From the human T2T-CHM13v2.0 reference genome, Homo sapiens: a stretch of DNA of 64,000 nucleotides. Made by a program: the position numbers and the translations under genes. The notes below the pieces were generated by a model that ran no database searches, had not been told where the DNA came from, and was given only the letters and a program-made list of their open reading frames with translations. Positions 23,552 to 39,028 of this stretch are shown piece by piece (the first letter of the stretch is position 1; every line of letters begins with the position of its first letter). Location of the stretch: NCBI RefSeq assembly GCF_009914755.1, contig NC_060931.1. One strand, written 5' to 3'.

Positions 23552-26500
23552 GCATCCCGGCTCTTTCCTCTCCCACAGCACCTCGTGTGACTGATTCTTT
23601 AGTGTGGACTTCAGGCCCACTCTCTCTTTCAACTTCAGACCTGCACTTCCACTGTCAGCCTAACCTGAGTGTCTCTACCAGAGACTCAAATGCACTGTGT
23701 TTAAAATACAGATCAGACCTTCCTCTATTTCTCTATTTTTTCTATTTTCTACTCATTTAATGGTATTCGTCATTCAGTTGACTGCACTAGAAAAGCTGAA
23801 AACACTCTTGTGAATGTTAAACATCTCTGAATCTGTTTAGCACATAGCACATTTATCAATGCACATTTAATACATTAATAGCTAATTGCAGCAAAAAGTT
23901 TTAACTACATACCCAAGACTTTTCATAACATACCCCACTTTTCCCCTACCCAAACCAAAATTATTTTGTTTTCATTATTTCTTAGGACAAATCCTCAGAG
24001 TTCACTCAGGCTGTCCCCACCTCTCATCTTTATATCCGTCTGGGAATACCATACTGACTTAACCAGGTTTTTGCATGTTTTGCTCTCCTCTTCTTGACTG
24101 TTTTCCTTACCATCTGTCAAAGTCTATGTATCTTTCAAGGCAGGTTCCCTCACCTGTCCTAGATAATACCATCCTTGACCACATCAGACTCTGGTAACAC
24201 CAACACACCACTACCACCCCCAATCTTCAAATTCCTCTGGCACCTAACATCTGTACCACAGAATTTAGCACCTGGCTACATACTTGTTCTCTTTCTTTGG
24301 TATAAACAAGGCAGAGAGCCAGTCTGTTTTCCAGTGATTTGCAGACATGGTAAATTCCTCCCAGAGTTTTTCCCAGAATTGTGTCTTTGAGGGGGAATTT
24401 ATATTCTTCCTTTCTTCAGATGGTAAAAACCTGGGTACCTCCTTGTGATATGATGTGTTTTCCCTTTTGTCTTAGTTATCAGGAAATTTAGAGCTGTTGC
24501 AGAACCATATTGTAATAATCAGCTTATCTCAGGATCCTGGTAATAGCTATGTATTCTACCTCCCTTCTTTAGAACTCTGTTGTGTGTTTGTTCTTAATTT
24601 TGCAGTATATTTAACTTGTAAGACTCCATAAATCCTTTTAGAACAAAGTGAGAAAACAGATCCCCAAATAAGCAATATTCTTCTCTTATTATATCATAAT
24701 TTTCATTCTCTTACCTGGATTGTTTGTGCTTGAGAACAAAATCAGTTCCTGTATTTCTTTTGATTACCCAAAGAAGAAAGCATATGTTAGGTCCTTAATA
24801 AATCATTGCTGAAATATGTGCCTTGTTAAAGTAAGTTGGATTATTTTAAATTGAGACAGAAACATCTCCTAAAATGACATCATTCTAACAAAGGGACCTT
24901 ACCGTGTTTTATTTCTGCTAACGGCAGGAGAAATAAACATCTTCTGATATTTTGAACATTTTGGTAAATGTTCAAAATATCAGAAAAAACATGTCATAAA
25001 AATAAAAAGTTGAAGTTTTAGCTATCACCGGCATCTAGACATAAGACTTAAAACAGGCAAGAGGATTAACAAAATCAATAGTTTACTGCCAGTAACACTT
25101 ACCAGATAACAGAGTGCATTTTTTTCCCGCAACCCCAAAGCCCTGCTGGCTGCCTTTCTAACAAACACAATGTTCAGGTGGTGTCTGACTTATTTTTTTT
25201 TCTTCCCTTATCCCCATTTTCATTCCCCTTTCCTAACATAAGATGGCAAACATTAAAATTGGCTTTCAATGAAACTACCTGTGCCAGTCATCAAATTCTT
25301 TTCTTTCTTTCCTTTTTTTTTTTTTTTTTATTTCTTCTTAAAGCTCACCCAGGGAGAATACTTTGACTTTGAAAGAAACCACAAGAATGTAATCATAAAG
25401 TCACCTCCAGACTTGGCCTGTGTTCATACTTCCTGTCCTTTTACCTCCACCTCTACCCTACCCACCCCCAAACATTCATACATTTATCCACCAACACATA
25501 CCTATGGCTGTTAAATATTTATGCAGACGTGTGAATAATTCATAAAGGTACAAACACTTTTGAGACTTGAAATTTATTCAGCTGACTGGGCTTTTCCATT
25601 GTCCAACAAGTAAGGACTTGGTGAATCCTTTCTTTTGCTCCTTTAACCAGAGTGGAAATGTTTTCCTTTTCATTTTAATGATATATTAAACGAGTTGCCT
25701 TCCCCAACCTCCTCCTCCTAAGTAATAATGTTGCAGAGAGAGCATACACACTTAGAAAGAGAGAGAGAGAATGAGAGTAACAAATACGACTATCTACATA
25801 ATTATGAGATCAAAGATATCCCCACCCCACCTTTCTGCTCTAACCTACATTTTAGTCTAATGTTGGAGGATAAATTAAAACTCATCTTTATCCCCAAAGT
25901 AGCTATTTTTGGACCAAACCAATGTGGGTCCATCTTGACCAGCCTCCTGTGACCTCAACCTTGCAAATTGTCCAGGACCCATAATTAATACTAGACTATT
26001 TTCCCACTGCCACTTCCAGCATCCTGAATCACCTCACCTCACATTTAGAGCATATTTGTTTCTTGAACAGAAATTGATTTCCATTCGGCTTTAGTGAAAC
26101 AGAATAAGGTAAACAAATCTGCTACAAAGCAGGAAGCATATTAAATATATTTTACATTTGAACAAAATATGTTGAACTTCTGCTATTTGTGATTCTCCAT
26201 GCTAGTTCTCTCCACCATTAAAATAAATACAAGTAATATCTGTACTCATATTAAATATAATGTAAAATACATAACATTTAACAATGGGAGATGTGGGAGT
26301 GCAGAGCTACATAAAAAACCTCTCCTTGACTCTTTGAAAATGTGTCTTTTATATATATGGTCAATTGTTGACGCAAGAGGTAGAATTAAACGTTTAGATA
26401 ATTTTACCATTAGATTTTATTAGACATGTTTGATAGGATAAATCTGGGCACTTGGGTATACATTTCTTGAAAAACATAAAATCTTCTAAATGTCATGGTT

Positions 26501-29500
26501 ACTAAATGTAGCGAGATCACTAATGTGAGATTAGCTTTGGAAACTAGAAAATGTTTACCTGAGCATGTGAGAAATAAATATGAAGGGGGAATCAAAGTGT
26601 AATCCATAGATCTGAGTTTATATCTGATATTTTTATGCCTTTCTTTAAGAATTGTGTGTATATGTACATATGTATATTTAATTTATTTATATATAGGTGA
26701 AATGGGTTGTTAGCCAGATGTTAGAGTAAAAGGTTGGCAGTTTAAGGGCGAGGGTGAAAATATTTTGCTACTTAACTTATCCACTAGTAAAATGTGGTTG
26801 CACAATTTGACATTAAATAAGTAATAAATAAGCAAAATAAGTCAAGCCTGCATATTCTACTTTATTTGCTCATTCTTCTAACTTTTCAAGGCTTCCAGGC
26901 CCTGATACAACCACATATCTAGCTGCCTCTAGGTCCAGTCCATCCTCATCCCTGTACACCCTCCTAATCCTTAATACCAATGTCCACCTTTTCCCTCCAG
27001 TCTCCTAATAAAGTCTCTAATCAACCTGATCATCGTAGATATATAGAATGCTTCTTTGTCTAAATAATACCATGTTGGACATGAAACCACTCAGCCATGG
27101 TAAAAATAGAGTTGGAGCAAAGCAATCAAAGGGGGGCTCTTTTGAACCTGCTTGCCTCCTTTACTGCCACATGATCTTTCAGAGAGCAAGACTATCAGTC
27201 CAGAATGAGAATAGCAATCAAGAGAACAGCTGCCTCAATTTTGCTAATGAGCCAGCTTGGCTGAACCTGGTTTTGGAGACATAGTGACTCTGCCCTCCTC
27301 GACTCAAATAAGCAAGAAGCCAGAATGTCAGTGGAGCCATAGGCATTGAATTGGCTGTAAGAGGTAATTCAAAAGAGCATCCTTGCTTGCTTACTGTTTT
27401 CACAATGGTTCTATATAGATTTGTGCTATTAAAACGCCAGTTTTGAATGAGAACCTTGGGTGGAGCTGATATTCATGAAAATCATGCCAGTGTGGGAAAC
27501 ACTCCTTTTATGAATTAAGCAAAGCTTGTAGCTTTTTTCCATGGCTTTAAACACTCAATACTAGTCAAAACCTGTGAATATGTATACATTCTTTTATATG
27601 GATAATTAGCTTCTTTATTGGTGGCGCCTCTTGGATTAGGTGGATTCTTCCATGCAAATAAGCAGTAGAGGGAAGCAGTGCAACAAAGAACACCTTTCAT
27701 GTGGCTTCAGTACTTATTTAGCAAAACTTCTACATTTATAGAGAAGCAAATGCTAAATTCCTGAACTTCTATAACCTTCTTTCAAATTGTTTCATATTAA
27801 CTAATTCAGGTTAAAGTCCTTGCCTAATTTTGGTTTATGCACACAAAAAACAAATAGACCACTATACATAGTCCATTGAGAATAGTTCACCAAAATTGTT
27901 TATGTCCAATTTTGAATTTCTGACCACGATACACACAGGTAAAGATATCATTTAGAGATCATAAGTATTGTTTGAATATTAGCCACAGAAGTTAAGATAA
28001 ATATAGGATACTTTGTGCATTAGAAGGATCTCAAATTAAGTTGCAAATAAAGTTTCCCAGTGATAGTACCAAATTCATAACACCTCCCTTGGGCCAAGAG
28101 AGTTGGTTTTTTGGTTTGGTTTGGTTTGGTTTGCGAGTTTTGGTTTACTTGTTTGTTTAAGCACTTTCTTTTTATGGTGGAAGCATCCATTTTTGTGTGA
28201 GCCTGAAGTTTTGGGGTCCTTTGGTGGTTTTTTAAAAGCGATATTGTGGTCTCACATTTTAATGTTTCCTGGAAGAACTAGCTAGCTATTTATTTTAACT
28301 ACTTCACAGGAACCCACATGACAATTTTTGAAGGACATTTTCTTATTACTCATTGTTTATTATTTTGGTCATCATTTTTCCCAACAGGATATAGTTTTTA
28401 AGGTAAGATTCCATGAGTTTTCCTTTTATTTCAGAATTTATAACTTAGAAATTTTACTGTTACTTTATGCCCCTTTTCCCACCGACCCACATGGTACCCC
28501 CTACCACCTACCCACCCAAAGATATTTTCATGGTTTGGGTCATTTAGAGACAAATGCAGCCTCGAGAACCACAACATTTTTAGGTGTTAGGAGACATTTT
28601 AATACAAATCTTCCTATTCACCAAAACACTAAATCCTATTGGGATGCCTAGAGGCGTGTGATAAGAGAAAAGTAAATAATACAGAGGAAAAGAACCATTA
28701 TATTCTCTAGATTTAACTTTGGCATATATCTGACATCAGAAATAGAAACTCACCTCTTGTGAAATCATTTTGTTTACTTGATCAGGAAAATCTGCAGGTC
28801 TATTCATTTTCAGACATATATTTATAAAACTAAAGCTCAATTCTAGAGATCAAGTCTTATTGTAAAACACTGATGAATGCTGTGAGTTTCATTTTTTAAA
28901 CAGATTTCACTACTTGCCTCTCCTATGTGAATTTAATATTTTTATTCCTTCTCTAATTGATCAAATAAGAAGTTTATTATTACTTCCATAATTTTAACTT
29001 TTTCATTAAAAACCACCCTGGTGCATTTTATATGTCTGTTTTCATGAAATATAGAGTAAGAAAAAAATCACTGTGATATGAACTCCACAAAACATAAAGG
29101 AAGATGGCTTTAATGATAATAGTTACCTTTGGAAAATATTTTTACATACTTTTTTTCCATTCTATCCTTACCACAGGGTAACAAAGCACGTAATAAAGCA
29201 GTTGTAGAATCACAAAGCTAATAGGAGCCCTTGAGGTCAGTAGCTGCAGCTTTCCTTCGTAAGATGCGAAAAGTAAGATCCAAGGATGTTAAGTTAAATT
29301 TCCCAAGGTCTGTAGTTTTCCAGTTTCTCCCATTACCTTTTCTGCTCCATGCTACCTTTGCTATTCCCATCTTTCAGATAATATAATTATAGTCCCTCAC
29401 CCAGAGTCATACAAACCTTCAGTGAACTGAAACAGGTCTTTACCTTCTGACATCATTTTTTTCCACTCTCCACTGCGTAGCCTGCTGTTCATCTTTACTG

Positions 29501-29839
29501 TCTAAAGGACCATTCCTGTACTTTTTCTAGCTTTCAGGAGAAAAAGATTCCTGTTCATCTCACAAGGTGCTAAAGACTCTTGCAAATATATAGATAACAT
29601 CCTCAGGATCATTAACAGACTCAGGAAATGAAATAAGCATCTGACTGCATTATTTTTAAACTGTTTCTACAAGTTACATAGTATGTGCTTAGTAAATATT
29701 GATGGAATTGAATGGGAGAGTAAAGAATAGAGGTAACAGATCTATTGTCTTTTTTAAATAAGGACTGAAGGTCATTGCTATGTTTTATAGAAGGACCATA
29801 TAGTCCCAGCAAATAGAGGATATGCTTAACAGCTAGGAA

Positions 29840-30010
29840 AACCTGAGAACCAAATCCAGCTTTACCACTTAACAACCTTTGTGGCCTTGGGAAAGTTACT
29901 AACTTTCCTGAACTGTAATTTTCTTTTCTGTAAATACCGTCTACTTTACAGAGATTTTATGCGGATTAAATTAGACAATGTACATATAGAGTCAGGCACA
30001 CAACGAACAC
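29840..30010 (+). mobile_element. MIR SINE
   Basis: gtggccttgggaaagttactaac..ctgtaaa..ggattaaattaga. Confidence 0.6.
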
Positions 30011-32134
30011 CCAAAAATTTACCCTCCCTTGCCCTTCATGTCTGCCTGGGAGGTGACCGGTAGCCCGCTTCTCTGCTCTGTTTGAGTCAGAGTATTAAAA
30101 TCAAGCTGGGCTGTGCCTGGATACTTTACCATTATTGTAACAGCCCTGGAAGCACAAGGTGTCACAATTTTATTTCATTGACATGTACCACACGTGCAGT
30201 AGGCCGTGTAACAGTGTAGTTTTCCTTTTTCCCTTTTCTTTAACAGTTTGCTGATACTGAACATGACATAGAAAAGGAAACACAGGTGAAGGGGTTTTTT
30301 TTTCTAGTGAAATTTGATTGTTTTGAAAAATGTTCTTTACAGTAACTTGCTGTGGAACAATATTTCATTTACTAACTGGCCTTGAGAATTTTGTAGAGTA
30401 AATCTTTAAAATCATGAAGCTTCTGTGGCTTTCATATGTACAAATAGTATTATAAGATTCATTCTCACAATTATTGGTCAAATTTGCCCCCATCATCTCC
30501 AGCCTTTTCAAAACTTGCAGTATTCTAAAATGAGTGGTAAAGCACAAGCAAGCTATAACATGTTTGTGGATCCAGAAATTTATGTCTCATAAATTCAAAA
30601 TCTTTAGAATCTTTAGAACCTCATGCTTTTAACTTCTTTATGAAAATTTTAATACTTCAAAATATACATGAGTTTATGATATACATGAGTTTACCAGTTC
30701 TAATACTTTATGATATACATGAGTTTACCTTAAAATATTTTATGCATGAGACAGATTTTTTTAATCAGGTCTTCAGATTACCCTTTGAGCCTGAATAAAA
30801 TAGAATAATAAAATCCCTTTATCAAAAAACACAACTAATATTCAAAGAGCACTATTGTAAGTGACATTCGCCTGTGCCCATATGTTATGCTTGTGCTTTG
30901 CTTGGCAATTAGTGGTTCACAGATGTCAACCTACATGGTACTTTGATAACAAGTTCAATCAATCCTGATCAAGACTTTCCCAACCTGTGAATTTATCAAT
31001 GTTAAACAGAGCCTTTGAAAATATAAGCCTTCCTCCCTTCTCCCAAACACACACGTACTGTAGCCTAGAATTATTTGCACAGCAACTTTTATAATAAAAG
31101 GCTCAGTCTTGGGGTGAAGGGTGATAAGGAGGTTGGAGAAAGGCTAGAGAGCAATAGCATTTCAATCAATACTATTAAATATAAGAAACTGGGTTTTGGT
31201 AACATGAACAATAGCAGTTATTTCCAGATACTTAAAATGTGAAGTCTCCAGAATATACTACAGTTTTGGTTACATTTCTCAGAGAAGAAACTACTAAAAC
31301 AAAAAAGGAAATAAAACACTGAAGATTTACAGGATAATTAAAGAATTAATGTATCAAATAATATCAGTTCCTTAGAAAATGACTGTTTAAAGCTGGATGG
31401 TCTTTTAATTGATCAAAATAAGGATTTGCAATTGTGTTACGTGTTTAGTATAGGTCTGTATGAGTCTATCTGTATGAAGACCTCTATACCCTCAGATATA
31501 CTATCAGCTGAGTTGATGAGGATCCTGACAATTGACTTTTTAAAGCATATATAAACCTTTAACACCCTTTGACTTTGAGAAAAATTTGTTATTCGTGTTC
31601 TTTAACAAATAGTGGGCTGGCTAGCTATAAAATCAAGAATTTGCAGTGGGAATAATCTTCTACTGAGAGTTAGAATTTAATATTTACAAGTAGTCATTGA
31701 AGGTGCAGCCACTCCACATTGCCTTTTAAAAAATATAAATAAGGAAAAATGATACAATTATGCTATTTTCAGGTGTCATTGGACAGTTAGGTTTTATCGA
31801 GAAAGTAGTTTGAATCATGTAGTCCAAACAGGGAGAGAAAGAAAGATGCTACAGAAATAGCCAATAAGCAAATAATTTTGGCTTCAAATCACACTGCAAA
31901 CATAGTACATAATACATACTTTGGCATAAAAGAATTATAGAATCATAAAATTTAAAAAACTATAAGGCTAATGTCCAGTTGATCATTTTGTTATCTCAAT
32001 GTCATATAATTCTTTTCAAATCACACCCTCTGTCAGATATTTTTTGAATTAAAAATAAGACACATCTCACTATATCCACATAGTGGCCCATCTAAAATAT
32101 TCTGTGTTGCTTTAATGTATTAAAAGTTTGTTCA

Positions 32135-32467
<333 letters not shown>

Positions 32468-33471
32468 TTAAATGTCAAAGAAATACAGTCCATAGAAAGA
32501 GAACTCACAGTTACTACACTACATTTTTGTGTGATATTTAGGTTACAGTTTTATTGTTTTCACACTGATTTTTCTCACTTTCATTTCAGCAGAGATATTT
32601 TGTGCATTTTATATTAACAGTTCACTTGGAGAAATCACTCTAATATTTGGAGCCGATTCCCTACAGATACATTCTTTAAACATTCTGTGCAGATAGGATT
32701 TGATTGTTCATATTGCATGTTATCTTTTCTTGATCTTATTACTCTGGCCTGTACAGGCATTCAGTGGAACCCATGAAGAGAGTACAGACAGCTGACTGGA
32801 TGAAGAAGACATTGGGGAAAAAAACTCCCATTGTTTAGATTTCTGTCAGAGGGTATAAGAATACTTAATTTCTTTTATCTCTAGGGCTTTCATTATCATT
32901 TAAATTTCATTTTACATTAATTGATCAGGGATTAGTAAAGCCATTATGCAGAAATTAGAATAAGACAAGCCAGATGGAATGAATAATTCATGAAGTCCAA
33001 TTACGTTTTATTTCTGGTGTACTTTCAAACTTGCCTCTGACTTCTGTGCTATTTTGATGTGACAATATTCACTGGAAATCAAGAGTGCCATTTTAATTTA
33101 TTGTATCCCTCTGGAGTGGAAGCATTTGTATGCACTAGGGGTATGTTAACGCATTTCCACACACACACCCCAACACCCAAAAGTCAATTTTGGGGGTTTT
33201 GAAAACACTGGGTGATCTAGGAATACTGTTCATTTTGTACAGAGGTTCAGGGGCACTTCAATGAGCCACACCAGTTCAACTGATTGGGGTGAGCTGACCC
33301 TATGCAGAGAGACTAAAGGCGTAGGATCGCGAAATGATTACCTCCTGGAAGAGCAGTAATCCTCTTTAAAATATTTGCACGCATTCCTCTCTGCAAAAGA
33401 ACCCTTAAAATGTGAATTTGGCCTAGAGTTGGACTGGAGGTAGCAGCAGCTGTTGCAGCTACAGACGAGGA

Positions 33472-33485
33472 CCACGAGGTGGCAG
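33472..33485 (+). promoter_or_regulatory. CTCF core motif candidate CCACGAGGTGGCAG
   Basis: One mismatch to the CCASYAGRKGGCRS consensus, inside the CpG island. Confidence 0.6.
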
Positions 33486-33722
33486 GGGTTGCCTTCAGTG
33501 AAAGGGTTCGGGGCGGTCGGGACCGCCGGGGCTTCAGAACATCCCCGCGGGTCTGAGCCGGGCCGACCACGGTTGGGTTTAGGCTCCGAGCATCTCGCAA
33601 AGCGTTGCCGGGCGAGAATTCCGAACTAATGGAAAGTCCGGTCCACCTGTCTGGAATGTCTCATACAACTCTGTTGTCTGAAACCGCCTCCCCACCCCCG
33701 GTCCCAGCCACCAGCCCCTTGA

Positions 33723-34385
<663 letters not shown>

Positions 34386-35104
34386 TAACTTTATAGGCAA
34401 ATACTTGGAAAAGAAAGCTTTTGTGGACGTCGATTTTTAGATTGGGCTTTTAAAAAGGGCTATTTGTCAGTGTTTGCTACTTGTACCGTTTCTATTTTGA
34501 ATCCACAAAAGACGATTCTGTTGACTATTTTATGTTTAGATCTTTCATCCATTTGATTTGTACCAAGGTAAATATTCCTTGTCTAAGATATCAAATTCAG
34601 AGGCAGACTTTTACAACAGTCTCCAACTTTAAACATGAATATCAAACTCAGTATTTTTTAAAAAATAGATTTTAACATGTCACATTTACAGCAAGTGAAA
34701 ATACCCATTTATTTTAAAAATCAGCCAGTAATAAATACTGTTTTTAAATTATGCTATAAAAATTTATGTTTTAAAAACTATGCCACATGCATTGTTCCTT
34801 TTTGCCAGTCTAGCAAAATTACTGAGTTGCTAATTCAGCTACTTGGATTTTTTTTTAACATAAATATTATTGTCCTTCAACTTTATAAAATAAAATGGTC
34901 TCTGCATCACTTCTTGGTTTCTGATTCAAGAAAGCTCTCTATAAATAAGAATGGACAGGTAAGAGGAACAAGTGCTGCGAACTATATGTCAAGTGGAGAA
35001 CAACAAAAAGGTCTTTTGAAGTGTTTTGAGCAGGAAACAGCTCAGCCTTTTTAATTAGGAAGCCCACAGCTGGAGGATCTGAGGAGGAGCACACTTCCCT
35101 AGTA

Positions 35105-35106
<2 letters not shown>

Positions 35107-35140
<34 letters not shown>
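35107..35140. repeat. (TG)n microsatellite in intron 15
   Basis: Direct reading. Confidence 0.95.
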
Positions 35141-35142
<2 letters not shown>

Positions 35143-38100
35143 AGGGAGCAGGGAAATATTCTTCAGGTGTTATTATTAAGTCTTTGTATCTTCAAGGGTA
35201 TATACACCTATAATTGCTGCCAAGTAGTTATCTTTTAAAAATCTTTCAATTTGAGTCTATTTTTGCTTTTAGCTACAAGAATTCTGTGACAAGAATGAGT
35301 TAGGTAATGAAGCATCTTTGAAAATAATCAAAAGGCATGAGTATGTGAAATGTCCCATCATTTGGATGTTGAAATGTTTATAACATTATTGTTTTTAATA
35401 GAAAGATGTTATTACCCTACATTGTAAGGGTTTCCCAGAGTCTTCATCACTGTTTATTAAAATCATATTGCTTCTATTTGCTAGGAGAAATTCATTCATT
35501 TAAAGCAACCAAAAAAACTAACATTTTCCTGATTGACTTAGGAGACCGCTGTAGTAGAAATCCAGCTTAGTTGAGATGTTTAAGTGATACCCAACTACAA
35601 TGCATATGAAGGGAGTGAGTGTTCTACAAACTCCTTAACAATTCCTATGTAACTGTTTTTCTTTTAAATTTTTTTTAGGTAAAATGAAACTAATGTCTCA
35701 ACATTGATAAATATAATTTTTTCCCTTCTCTTTCTCTAGATATCAAGAGACAACCACATAAGAGTTTCATAGCTAAACATTTTTTAAAAATCATTATTGG
35801 TCATGCAAACTGTTTAGTTTTGTGGTAAACATAATTCTGCTTTAACAATAATAGTAGAGATACATTGAGTCCAGCTCAAATCCAGTAATGAACCGAACAC
35901 TTTTTAAAACCTTCAAAACATTTTTGTCTTCTGGCAAGTTGAACAAGATTTTTCTTAAAAATTAGATTTCTTAAAAAAATCTGAATTATCAGTAGAGCAG
36001 TATGTTTGGTTGTTGTTTTTATTATTACATTTTTGGACCAGGTTATTCCAGCTGTTCCTATGCAAGGATAGTTCATATTTCCCACCTCAGTATTTCTGAT
36101 TTCTACTGCTTAATGTAATAATTTATGATATATAAATCTTGCCTTTGCAATTAAAATGATTGAGCCAGGAAAACTGTGGAAATATTTGTGAAACAAAGTA
36201 CAGTATAAGAGACAGAGAGAACATATGAATTGTTTTTTATTATTCATCAACTTTTGAAAGGTCATTACTGATCGGATTAATGCAAATATATTTTGTCATT
36301 TTCTTCATGCATTTATGAATTTTCTAGCGCATAATATAGGCTGTGATCATTATTTTCTATCATTTGTAATATATATGAAAAGAAACTATTTTTAAATGTT
36401 TAAAATATTGTTTCACTTTGTTATAGTACTTATATTCCAAATAAAAATTCTTGAAAATGTATTAGGTATTATTTTAAATGTGTCACAATGTCAGTTTATT
36501 TTCAGTGATTTTTTTGTTATATTCGTATTAAGATTAAACATTTTATTCTATTTTTAAGATTGTTCATAGATTACCTAATTCTATTCAATATCAGATTGTT
36601 CATGGAATTAGGTAATAGAATTAAGCAAGAATCCTGTATGAACCTTCTAAATTATGGTATTAAAAATTAACTTTGAAGAGTCTATAGTTGAATCACAGAT
36701 TTGTTTTCTGGGCAGCACAGTCATAATAAAGTGTATTGACAGCATTATGATCCATCTAAATTCACATTGTTTCAGCCTCTGAAAGATTTGGTTAAAAATT
36801 CAGACTCTAGCTTGCACAGCAGGTACTTTTATTATAGAAATTGTGTATTTTTAAAAAATAAATGAGCCGGGGACTTTTGGGGTTTTTTTTTGTTTTTTTG
36901 TTTTTTTGCTCACAATTGACATACAGTGATTTAAGCGGGTGAAAGAATTTTTATTGATTTCAAGATTAAGTTTAAACATAGATTCTTATATATGATGGAG
37001 TTTTTATTGCTATTTTAAAGATAGGTATTGGGTCAATAATTTCGTATAAACAGATGGTTTCAATTCCCTGAATAACAAAATGCCGGTGGTGCTAAGCCAC
37101 AGTACATGTTGTGTTTCCATTCTAATGCGACATGTTTATTAGACACAGGTCTTAAACAGTGGCATGAGATGATCCTAGTGGCCCCCTTTTCACTGTATTT
37201 TTTCTTTATGTTTTAATATTTACCTTTTCCTTTCTTAATGGCATGTTGTCATTTCCTATTCAACATTCTTGTAAAAGGCTCAAGAGATCTGAGCTTTATG
37301 TCAATTATAAACTTCTAACCTTGAAGACAAGCTTTTACACAACTGATAATGGGAGAGAGGTAGACACACTAAAAAGTCTTTCCAAATACTGAGGCTCTTG
37401 GAACAAATACTACAGGTTCCATTGCAGCACCTCCAGTTCACTTTAATTATTATTATTGTTATAATTATCAATGCTTTTAGATTTGAAGTGTTTATTAAAG
37501 GAGATATAAGGCATTTTCTATGAGTGGGTGGCTGTATTCTATCACGATGTCACCCTGGAGACAGTGCCAAAGTTGTGGATCGCTTATTACACTTCGGTAC
37601 TGCCAGAGGGAGGAAGACAGATTTAACAAAAGAGAGAGAAAGAGAGAGAGAGAGAATTTGAGTTTTTTGAAAAATTTTTTTTATCTTTATGTTTTCCTTT
37701 TTTCTTCTGATCATCTCCTCCCTGATGAGGTTTGAGAGATCAATACATATGTTTACTTTTTCCTTGAAGACTCACATTAATATGACTTTTTTATTCCACC
37801 ATACACCTGCTTTCTGCCTTTTTAGTATCCTTAATCTTGGTAAATCCTGAGATCTGTCTCTCTCCATCTGTCCATAAACTATGACCCTATGGGGAAGGAT
37901 CCCATTTAGCTCCTGTATTTTTTGTTGGATGTACACTTGTCATAATCCAAAGAAATATTCATGCCACTTACTGCCCGGTGACTATGTAAAAAGACTCTCC
38001 CTCCTTTTCTTTTTTGTTAAAGTGTCTCTTCTCTCTACCCCTTAATTCAGTGGAGCATATGATTTAAGAACAATGAGCCCTTTTTCCCCCCGGCACAAGG

Positions 38101-38225
38101 GATGTGTATTACTTAATGCACATGAAGGCAGTTGGTGACTCATCCAGTTAAACGTATTATTGTAAATTTGTATATTTAAATTCATATTCAGAGATTCTTT
38201 TATTCTGTTGTGAACCCTTTGGCAG

Positions 38226-38351
38226 GTTCCAACAGCAAGTGTGGCCATTGAGGGGGCATCCGCCCTAAACCGTGTTCGTTGGGCCCAAGCTGGCAAAGAA
38301 GTTGCTGTTGGGGACTCGGAAGGCCGTATTTGGGTCTATGACGTTGGAGAG
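38226..38351 (+). CDS. DYNC1I1: DYNC1I1 coding exon (exon 16), [42 protein letters not shown]
   Basis: Acceptor ccctttggcag|, donor GAG|gtacgt; 126 nt = 42 codons, phase 0, in frame with the previous exon; last WD40 repeat. Confidence 0.97.
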
Positions 38352-38652
38352 GTACGTGTGTATTTGTGTTGTTGTTACTGTTTTGACTTGTGTATCTACT
38401 TTAGAAACCTAGTGAAATTATTAGCAAGAACTTGTAGGCCACAAGGACCCTCTCTAACGTGCTTGTAAATTTCCATTGACTTCAATGCTAGTTTGGCGAG
38501 ACTTCCTTAGGGCCTAATTTGATCTTCTGTCTCCATGCACAGAACACTTAAGTTAACAATCTAAGCTCCTTTTAGAGTCCTGTAGAATGTCCCATCATCC
38601 TGTGATGGAGTGTGGCACTTCCCACTAATTTCATGAGAATGAAAAGTTTAGA

Positions 38653-39028
<376 letters not shown>

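Noticed and set aside
34677-35054. 125-aa intronic ORF
   Set aside because: AT-rich random-looking composition, no recognisable homology or splice support
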